Source of the DNA: Reclinomonas americana ATCC 50394
Taxonomy: Eukaryota
Direction: 5' to 3'
NCBI GenBank assembly: GCA_048213135.1
Contig: PS015024.1
Coordinates: 33,809-75,028, forward strand
DNA length: 41,220 nucleotides
The notes beneath the pieces were generated by a model that ran no database searches, was not told the origin of the DNA, and saw nothing but the letters and a program-made list of their open reading frames with translations. Made by a program: the position numbers and the translations under genes. Numbering within the stretch: the first letter of the stretch is position 1; each line of letters starts with the position of its first letter. Shown here piece after piece: positions 12,885 to 22,399 of this stretch.

Positions 12885-13720
12885 ATGAGGTACTGTACGC
12901 AGTGGTCGTCTGTGTGTCTTCCTTTCTCTTCTTCTCCTCCCTTACCCTTCCCCGCTACCCTCAGCGCCGCCACCACCAAAGATCTGCACCTGTCACACGA
13001 GTTCCACGCACCGGGACTCAAAGCACAGCACATTTACGATGTGCTCACTGATGGAGAGAAGCACGGGCGCATGATTGGTGCTCCAGTGACGCAGGAGGGA
13101 CCGGTGTGTGATGCCTGTGTGTGAGAGAGAGACAACAAGGAATCATGCGCAGTCTCATCATCGGGAATGTGCAGGCCGCCGTTGGTGTGGCGTACACTGC
13201 GTGGGGAGGGTACATTGACGGGTCGTACACGGAGTTGAGCCCGCCGCACCGCATCGTCTCGCAGTGGAAAGTGAGTGCGCTGCTTGCAAATTTTTCCGAA
13301 CACAGCAACTCACTCATTATCACACGCAGGGACGTTGCGCAGTCGCAGCATGCTGCGCATCCCCCAGCTCGCCGTTCACTAATCACTGACGTTCATCTGT
13401 GTGCTTCCGAGCAGGTGACTTTGCAGAGTGGTCGCAGGTGGTGTACACGCTGACGGAGACGGCGGCGGACACGGTGCACATGCAGCTGGATCATCTCGGC
13501 GTGCCGGCATCGTGGGGTTTGTGTTCCCTGCAGTCCTCTGGGAGTGCCTCGCTCACTATCTCCGCAACGCAGAGCATGGCTGGGACGCGCACTACTTCCA
13601 GCCGTTGCAAAAGCTCGTCGTCTTGCTCTCTGTCTCGCGATATCGATGAATAATGATGGTGAAGCGCTGACTTTGTCACTCTGGCACAGATACCTGACGG
13701 AGGAGCTCGGCAGCAAGTAA
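12885..13720 (+). CDS. Small AHSA1-like START/SRPBCC domain protein
   Basis: Spliced product MSAATTKDLHLSHEF..IYDVLTD..YTAWGGYIDGSYTELSPPHRIVSQWKGRDF..QLDHLGVP..GWDAHYFQPLQKYL resembles the AHSA1 C-terminal domain; the model needs a 4-nt microexon and probably a GC-AG last intron. Confidence 0.82.
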
Positions 13721-13810
13721 CAGCCCACCACCGTAATCCTCTCCACGCCATCAGTGCCAATGCACCACAATCATGGTGGTCGTCGTCGTCGTCGTCGTCA
13801 TCCCGGAACT

Positions 13811-15148
13811 TCATTCACACAGCACATCGTAATGACCGGGTTTGTACAACAGTGTGACCACAGGCGCTGCCGGTGGTCGTGGAGGTGCTGCTTCTGCTGC
13901 TCCTGCTGCAACCGGTGGTGCATCGGCGGCGGCCGCCCTTGCCTCCTCGATCGGATCCACACCCGAGTACACATGCGTAACCACGTCGTTCTCCGAGGCG
14001 TCGAGGTACTCGACCCGGATGCCGAGTCGCAGACACCTTGTGAGAGCGATAATGTGCAGTTCCTCACACTCGCGACCATTCACCTCCTGCGAGTGCACCA
14101 AGAGTCAGCACACGTCTCCGGCCACAATCCACAAGCAACAGCATGGAAAAACACGCACCACTTCCTCGCGACAGTACTGCACAATCGAGCGTCCGTTGGG
14201 CAAAAACGGCGCAAACTCCTCGGCATTCATTTGCAGATAGGCCGAGATGAGGAAGCGCAGGTAGGTGACAAAGTACTCGGAGATGTACGGCACACGGAAA
14301 TCGGTAATCATCGCCTCCACCGTCAGCGTCCTCTCCAACACACCTGCACTCCCACGACAATCAACGAGTCGATCACCAAGCCTTACTTTCCCTCCGCACG
14401 CGTACCTCCAATCACCCGCATCACAGTCTCGTGGAAATCCTCGACCACAAAGTCAGCAAAGCCGGCGCCAATCAGGAAATTGACACTCTCCAACAGTGTG
14501 CTAAAGATCTGCTGCGTCAGTTCCCGATCGCCGCTCAGCAGCAGTCCCTCCAGCATGCCCACCGAGAACCCACGCAGGAAGCAGTTGCCATCTGCACGCG
14601 TGGAAGGTCACACAAGGAATGCAGACACTCGATGGTCTTGTTTCCGCGTACACTGCTCACCACCCTTGATCTTGCGCATGTGACGGTATCGCGCGGCCAG
14701 CGTCCTCACCTTGGCCTGCACGTACGGCACATCAGCATTGTAGTGCTCCAGCTCTCGAATGTCCATGCGATCGCTGACAAGAGGCATGTCGCGCAGCATT
14801 TCCTGCAAGAGTGCGCGTTGCTGCTCAAACGTGCCTCCCATGCTCATCAACTTGAGGCACACGAAGAATGTGTGAGTTATCGTCAGAGAGCAGTATGAGA
14901 GAGTGGAACTCACAGGTGATGAGGCGCCTGGTGGTTCTACTGCTGCTGCTGTGAGTGTGTGTGTGTGTGAGCAGAGAGAGATGAGAGGAGGTATTTCGGG
15001 CAGCGCACTCACCATCGGCGACTGGCGAGTCTGGCACCACCTCCTCGCCCTCTGGCACTACAGGAGGTGGTGGAGGAGGAGGAGGAGGGGGAGGTGCAGG
15101 CTGCTCTTGTGGCTGCTGTGCAGCGTACGTGTTGTCTCTCCGCACCAT
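13811..15148 (-). CDS. Otubain-family deubiquitinase (peptidase C65, OTUB1-like)
   Basis: Catalytic Cys motif RKIKGDGNCFLRGF, YLRFLISAYLQ, YCREEVE..RECEELHIIAL..IRVEYLD and LLYKPGHYDVL; Pro-rich N-terminus; 5 introns; start codon uncertain. Confidence 0.92.
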
Positions 15149-15188
15149 CACGCAACAACGAAGTTGTCCTCTCACGTTCTTCACTTCG

Positions 15189-16371
15189 CTATGACATTGG
15201 CTTGCGAGCGTGACAGGCCCACAGCTTGGCGCCACTTTCCAGCTCAATGTACTCGGAGCGCACCAGTAGCCACTGCTGCTCGACATGCGGACCGAATAGC
15301 GACGCGTGAGCACGTTCCGAACTGACGCCGGAAAACAGGAGAAATGAGCCGCCTGGTCGAAGGCATCGATGGACGACGCTCACGGCTGCAAGAAGAAGAA
15401 GGGAGAGGTGAGCGATGCTCCTCGACCGCGAGGGAAGGGAAGTGCGACGCACAGTCACGAATGATGGCATCGTCGGCCGAAAACGCGGTCCACAGCGCGT
15501 CGAGTCCGCCCTTGTCGAGCACCAGGTCGATCGATGCCTCGCGAAACACCAGGTCCTGAAAGCGAGAGCACACGGCATCCACCTGCGCGGAGCGATCGGA
15601 GGCACGCTGCTGTCGTTGCGCCAGGAGCAGACCTGCACCAACAGTCAGTTCATGCAGTTCACTCGCCAACGAGCGTTCCGGATCCGCACCACTTGCCGCA
15701 ATATCGGTGTTGATCACGTGCCCGCACCACGCCTCCTCGGCCAGTCGATGCCCGACATCCGACGATCCGGCGCCCATGTGCACGCACACCAGTGCCTCCG
15801 CGGCCTCCACGCCTGCCACAGCCGCCCGCACAAACGACTGCACAGCCTCGTAGCCGGCGTACCACTCGTACGAGCGACCATTGCCGTCGACGTAGAAGCT
15901 CTCCCAGTACGCTGGCTCCACGAATGGATCGACGCCCGATCGCCACGCTTCGCGAGTGCACGCTCGGAGCAGCTCCGCGCACTCGTGATGGTCACGCATC
16001 AAGGCCACTGCGCACATGTTACGCCTCAGCCAGCGAGCAAGCCACAAACAGAGAGAACGCAACGAAAGAGTGGTGTCTGCTCGAATGCAGTCTCCGCCTC
16101 GACACATGACTCAAACAGACGCCAGTGTTGCCTCAACAGCTCGAGGCACTCGGTGTGTCCTTCGAAGGCGCACGCATGGATGGCGTTGCGATGCGTGGAC
16201 GGGTCGAGGAACATGGACTCTGTGTGCCAGTCAGCAGCAAGCGAAGGTGAGAAGCGGAGAAGAGAGATGTCGACCTTGGCATTGTGCATCGTCCGGGTCG
16301 GTGGAGGCGAGCAGCTGGCTTACACACGCGACGTCGCCGACCTCGCAGGCGAGGTACAGCCGCTCACCCAT
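15189..16371 (-). CDS. Ankyrin-repeat plus class I SAM methyltransferase (EEF1AKMT4/METTL13-N-like)
   Basis: Ankyrin-like segments LYLACEVGDVACVSQLL, AIHACAFEGHTECLELL and TPLFLALMRDHHECAELL, then YWESFY..YEWY, HMGAGSS, NTDI, DLVLDKGGLDAL and RCLRPGG; 4 introns. Confidence 0.85.
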
Positions 16372-16410
16372 CGCTGCGAGCGCAAACGAGTTGTCCTGCG
16401 CACAAGAAAA

Positions 16411-17015
16411 ATGTCGGCTGGCGGATCGGAGCCGTCACCAGCAGCGACCCGCACTGTCACTGTGCGCTTTCGTGCGGAGCAGGTGTGTGTGTGTGTGAAG
16501 GAGATGTCTCTCTCTATTGTCGGTGTCGCGTCCCTGAACGATCAAGCAGGTGACTGCAGAGTGGGCAGAGGGATCTTCCGGGACCGCCATCCGCGGTCTC
16601 ATTGGCCAGCTGCTGTCAGTGCCTCGAGAGTCACTGAAGCTCAGTTGAGTCGGCGGTCTCTCTCTCGCTGCATGCCGATCTCTCACGAGAGAGAGTGTTG
16701 TCATGATCGTGGCAGTCGATGGTTCGCGAGTTCTGACAGATGACGATCTGGCGGCCTTTTCGGGCCACGTGCTGATGGCCATGGGCACCAGGGTGGATCC
16801 GGCCACCGACTGCTCACCCGAGTCCATTCAGCTGATCATGCGTTGCGCACACTTGAACACACTTGTTAGTGCTTCCGATTTCGTGAGTGTGTTGATCATG
16901 CCTGGATGTGCGTGCAGAGCAAATGCCGGGTATGACACGCGATGCTGTGATTGCGGCACTTCGCCGGCACAAGCACGATGTGGTCGATGCCATTCTCGAT
17001 CTCGGCAACTCGTAA
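16411..17015 (+). CDS. 129-aa protein with putative ubiquitin-like domain and NAC/HYPK-type UBA domain
   Basis: Exons 16411-16482, 16550-16643, 16716-16841 and 16918-17015 total 390 nt. TVTVRF..IRGLIGQLLSVPRESLKLI.GSRVL..LMAMGT is UBL-like; ESIQLIMQQMPGMTRDAVIAALRRHKHDVVDAILDL is UBA-like. Confidence 0.7.
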
Positions 17016-17270
17016 GTAAACGTCAGTCTTTTTTCGGTTTTATCAGGGGCAGTCGTCGACAAGGAGAAGGAGGCGGAAAGAACAACGACCGAGAGGTCAA
17101 GCGAGGCACAGTGGTGTGCACTCGAATGTATAAAGCGGGGAGAGAGAAAGGAGGAAAGGATTGTATGCAGCAACAGACACCAGAGAACATATTAGCAGCA
17201 TCCCTTCTTGCGACCGGCGGCCGTCAGCTGCGGTTGCGTCGGGTCGTCCAGCACACTGTGACGTGACCTA

Positions 17271-20200
17271 TCAGAGGAGAACAGAACGACACGAATGATG
17301 AGGGTCAGCGACAGGAGCAGTGGCACCAAACGCAAGGAATGGACGCAACGGCGGTCGAGCCAGCTCCTCCGGCGTCTTGCGCGCGATCAGCGCGAGCGTA
17401 AAGTCAGCCACAATGTCCTGCAGGTGCTTGGGCGTGTCGGCCACCGCCGAGGCGCGGAAGACTTTTGTGAGGCCCTCGCTTCGGCACAGACGGGCTATTT
17501 GGTGCTCAGGGACCGTCGCCGGCAAGTCGGCCTTGTTGACCACGATCGATTCCATGAACAGCTCGCCACCCTGCCGCCGTGCAGACTCAGCAATGGCCGC
17601 TCGCTTCCAGTGCGGAATCGCCTGTGTGCGACAACACCAAACATGAGCTCATCCCCATCTCCATCATGGGCGATCACGGCCACCAGCGCACCTCCAGTGA
17701 CGAGGGATCAGACTGATCAAACATGAACATGATGCCGTCGGCACGGTTAAAGTAGTTGCCGAGCAGCTTGCACTCGCGATCCGAGCCTTGCGTGTCCATG
17801 AGCTGCATGCAGAAACAATGGTGAGACACGCTGTGCACCAACTCCACAAGATCTGCAACACCGACTCAAATTCCATGACGCACCCTGACCAGAGTGACCG
17901 ACTCGTCGGGGTGTCGCAGGCGCAGAATCACCACATCCACACCGACGGTAGGTGTGGTCGCTGCACAATCGCATCGCAGATGCGTGTGAGAAGGAGACAC
18001 GATAATGATTCCATGCGTGTCATGCACTCACCAGCAACGTGCTTGCCAGTCGAGTTGGCACAGAAATGGCTCTTGCCCACAGACGAGTTGCCGATGAGCA
18101 AAATCGTGACGGTGCGGCGAGCCTTGACGCCACCGCTCTCGTCCTGTACTCAAAATGAGTAACATAAAGGTCAAAAGGCCGACAAGAGCACTCGTACCAT
18201 GAACTGCAGCTCCTGTGCCTCCGCACTCGGCTCATTGAACAGCGAGCCACCACGCTTGGCCAGCCACTCATCATCCAGTCGGCGCAGGTCCTCCTGCATC
18301 GCAGCCGAGTGAATCGACTGACTTCAACAACGTGACAAGGAAAATAAAAACCAACAACCCACCTCAGTCAACTCTACGGCCTCAACGGCCTCCTCCACCG
18401 CCTGCTCAAGAGAAAGACAGAGAGAGAATTGGGTTATGCTACTGCTCAACATGTGGATCTCACGAATGGAAACCGCACCTCCGAAGCACCAGTCGCGACA
18501 CTGCCAGCAGCCTCACCGGCAGCGGCCGATGCGTGCGACGCAGTGGCATCGGCGCGGTGCACCAAGTTACGCTGTCACACACAACAAGCACGAATAAGAC
18601 AAGAATTCGTGTCGTGAATATGACGAGCAGTGACAACACACCAGTCCCTCGGTGACCGTGCCCGTGGCCGAGTGCACACGAGATGCGGCCGAGTCGCGCA
18701 AGTGCTCAGCCTCGTGGGCGGCCTTGGCGCGAGCCTCTTCCGCGGCCTTCTGTGCACGCTCAGCCTGTGCGTGCGCCTCCTGTGCAGCCTTGGCGCGAGC
18801 CTCTTCAGCCGCCTTTTGCGCATGCTCCGCCTGTGCATGTGCCTCCTGCTCAGCCTTGGCACGAGCCTCCTGTGCGGCCTTCTCTGCGCGCTCCGCCTGA
18901 GCGTGAGCCTCCTGCGCAGCCTTGGCACGAGCCTCCTCAGCGGCCTTTTGTGCATGCTCCGCCTGCGCATGCGCCTCCTGTGCAGCCTTGGCACGAGCCT
19001 CCTCAGCGGCCTTGCGCACTCGCTCCGCTTCAGCATGCGCCTCCTGCTCGGCCTTGGCACGAGCCTCCTGCGCAGCCTTGGCTGCACGCTCCTCCTGCGC
19101 ACGCACCTCAGCCTCAGCAGCCTGTGCCTTGGCGCGGGCATCGTGCTCGGCCTTGGCACGAGCCTCCTCGGCGGCCTTGCGCACACGCTCTTCTTCGGCA
19201 TGCGCTTCGTGCTCAGCCTTTCGGCGAGCCTCCGCTGCCTTGGCCTCGGCTTCTGCGCGAACCTTCTCCCGCTCAACAACAGCGTCGTCCACGGCGAGAT
19301 GAGCCTTTTCTCCGGCAGCCTTCTCCGCCTCGTGCACCGCACCCTGTGTGAGCGCCGCGAATCAGTGAAATCTCACACGCGCACAGTGTGTGAAACCACG
19401 CGCACCTCTGCAGCACCAGCAGCCTTCTCGCCCTCTCCCACCATGTGCGCACGGAAAAAGTCCTGGTGAATGGCAGGCGTGTCTCCCAGCTTCGCCTTGT
19501 TCTCCAAGCGCAATTCGTGGGCCAAACGCTGTCATCGTTCCACAACTCCCCCCGCATCAGCAACCGAAAATTTCCCAGCAGCGTGAGAAGGATACACACC
19601 TCGGCCTCTGCGTCCACTGCATCCTGCGCAGACGCCGTCGCCGTGGTGGTCGCTGCCGGCGCATCACCCAGCACCTGATTGTCGAGTATGAGTGTCATGA
19701 CAACAGTGATCCCGACGTGAGAGAGAGTGGGTGGACAAGTAACACACCGCCGAGGCCACAATGCTCGACGCCACTGCTCCGGTCTCCTCCGAGTCCGACT
19801 GCAGAGAGTGTGCGCGGGAAGAACAAGTGAGTGCAGAAGTCGACAATGGCTGGACATGTTCCCCGCGTGACCTCGAGGCTCTCCGGCGACAAGTACACAA
19901 CACCCCTCACTCTCATGTGCCAGGAAAGAGCGCGCACAGACATCGCGACTCGCAAGATCATCGATGCAGTTGTCGGAATACACACATTGTATCTTCCTCA
20001 CACACGCCCACTCTCCTGCTTCTTCTCTGTCTCTCACACACAGAGCACAACGTACCTCAGTGCCAGAAGCATCAGAGTTCTCAGCACTCTGCAAAGGCAC
20101 AGAGGGAGAGACAGAGGACATATGAGTTGCAAGATTGCGATTGAAGACAAGTCTCGTCACGCAACCGCTGCAGCCTTCTCCGCAGCCGGTGCACTCTCCG

Positions 20201-20388
20201 CACCACCCTTCTTTCCTCCCTCTGCGCACAAACACAAACACACACGCGAGTGGCGTCAGTCGTGTCGACATTACGACATGGCCAAACAACATAAACTGAA
20301 CATGAAAGAGCAAAAAAACACACAAGCAGGCAAGTGTCGAAAGACAGTGAGTGGAGACGCAACTCTTCTTGCGGCGATTCGACGGCAT
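17271..20388 (-). CDS. Large Rab/Ras-like GTPase: polybasic N-terminus, Ala/Glu/Lys repeat helix, C-terminal small GTPase domain
   Basis: GTPase motifs ILLIGNSSVGKS, TPTVGVD, LMDTQG, VVNKAD and RASA lie in 18293-17271. They join in frame to the upstream repeat region via a 69-nt GT-AG intron at 18362-18294. The GTPase call is strong; the fusion is inferred. Confidence 0.72.
18721..19240 (-). repeat. Coding tandem repeat with 66-bp (22-aa) period, AKAAQEAHAQAEHAQKAAEEAR
   Basis: gccttggcRcgagcctc recurs at 18721, 18787, 18853, 18919, 18985 and 19051 (66-bp steps) and at 19150 (99-bp step). Confidence 0.95.
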
Positions 20389-20469
20389 GGCGTGCGGCGA
20401 TCAAACAAAAGTGCGATAGTGGACAATGCATGCGCGCGAGCGCCACTGTCCACCACTGTTTGCAATCCG

Positions 20470-22352
20470 ATGGCGGCGACAGAGGCAGCGGGCCCTCAGT
20501 CGCCCTCTCGCGTTATTCTCTGGAAAGACCCTGTGTCGGGTGCCGAGGCGCGGCAACGACGAGTGATGATAACACCGCGCGCGTTGCAGATTTCTCCGTT
20601 GTCGTCGTCNNNNNNNNNNNNNNNNNNNNNNNNNNNNNNNNNNNNNNNNNNNNNNNNNNNNNNNNNNNNNNNNNNNNNNNNNNNNNNNNNNNNNNNNNNN
20701 NNNNNNNNNNNNNNNNNNNNNNNNNNNNNNNNNNNNNNNNNNNNNNNNNNNNNNNNNNNNNNNNNNNNNNNNNNNNNNNNNNNNNNNNNNNNNNNNNNNN
20801 NNNNNNNNNNNNNNNNNNNNNNNNNNNNNNNNNNNNNNNNNNNNNNNNNNNNNNNNNNNNNNNNNNNNNNNNNNNNNNNNNNNNNNNNNNNNNNNNNNNN
20901 NNNNNNNNNNNNNNNNNNNNNNNNNNNNNNNNNNNNNNNNNNNNNNNNNNNNNNNNNNNNNNNNNNNNNNNNNNNNNNNNNNNNNNNNNNNNNNNNNNNN
21001 NNNNNNNNNNNNNNNNNNNNNNNNNNNNNNNNNNNNNNNNNNNNNNNNNNNNNNNNNNNNNNNNNNNNNNNTGTGTGAGAGAGAGAGAGAGAGAGAGTGC
21101 GTTGAGTGTGCAATCATCATCTGTGATCACGTCTTCCATTTCGTTCATCATCATTCGTTCCCCGGGCTCAGATCGACGACACTTTGTGTGGTGGGTCCGC
21201 TTCTGGTTCATGCGACTGCTTGGTGTGGCGGTGGTGCTTGGAGTGGCGGCAGTGTGGAGCGCGGAGGGAGGCGAGAGGCAAGAGGTGTTGTTGGAGCGAG
21301 CGGTGCAGGCGCATTGGTGGCAGTCGGTGTGGCACATGCCGACGGCGTTGTGGGTGCGTGTTGAGAGAGAGAGAGCGCGCGTTCTCTGTGGTCTGTCGCT
21401 CATGCGTGGCTTTAGGTGTGTTACTGGACGGGTGTGTCGGTGCATGGGGGTGTTTTGGTGCTGTGTGCGCTGCTGGCGGCGAGTGGAATCTGCTTGCTGG
21501 CTGGCCTCGCGAACGCCCCAATGCTTCTGCTGGCGTACGCCATGGTGTCGTCGCTCAGTGCCGTCGGCTACACGATGTTTGGCGCGTTTGGCGATCAGCT
21601 GGTGAGTGCAGAACAAGGCGAGGGTGGCATACATGCGTATTCTCATGGGATAGGAAACTCGTAGTTGTTGGAGATCTGTTTCCTTGGTGCACTCGCTGCG
21701 CCGTGGTGGTCCACTGGCGTCTTCGCTTCGGGCACACCGGAACTTTCGCGCATCGCGCAGTGGCTCTTCCGGTGGCTCTCGAGTCGATTAGCCGCCGGTT
21801 TGCATTCCCCGCTCTGTCTGATTTTTTTGTGGGCGCTCACTTCCACTCCCACACAGCTCCGCTGATCGGCAAAGTGGCGGCGGCGCGATGTGCGCTCGAC
21901 AATGCATGCGTGTGGAATGCGCTGGTGGCCACGAGGTAAGTCCGTGTCGATGCATGAGCTCACTTGCGTGCCCGCTCACGGGTATACCACACTGCAGCGA
22001 TCCTTCATCGCCACTGGCCAACGCCGCCGTCATGTGGTCGCTGACGCTGTTGCGTTGACAGTGCTGCCGGTGCAATCGATGTCTCCTTCTCGCTCACCCT
22101 CGTTGTTCATGCAGACCGCTTCTGTTCCTGATTCCACACTTTGTGCCACAACGCGTCGCTGCATTGGCGGTGCTGGTGGACGCTGTCGCAGTGCAGCCGT
22201 CGCTACTGTCCATTCTGCGCGTTCTTGCTGCGTTGTGGTCACTGGACGACGGCGTGCTACACGTCGTGTCGCCTCCGTGGTTGCGCAGCAAGTACGACGA
22301 AGTGTGCCGGAGATTAGATCAGCAACAGCAACAACAACAACAACCACAATGA
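20470..22352 (+). CDS. Uncharacterised multi-pass membrane protein, interrupted by gap 20610-21071
   Basis: ATG 20470; after the gap, spliced exons give several hydrophobic segments (FWFMRLLGVAVVLGVAAVW, VLVLCALLAASGICLLAGL, AVMWSLTLPLLFLIP) ending in poly-Q and TGA 22352. Confidence 0.6.
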
Positions 22353-22399
22353 ACTCTACAGGTTGGTTGGGAGACCAATAATTGACTTCTTGTGTGTAT

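Noticed and set aside
15116-15200. Splice or stop-readthrough fusion of methyltransferase and otubain
   Set aside because: Plausible donor/acceptor pairs give the wrong phase, and the readthrough frame hits stops.
18721-19240. 66-bp periodic repeat as a CRISPR-like array
   Set aside because: It is an in-frame coding repeat in a eukaryotic exon with no unique spacers and no cas genes.
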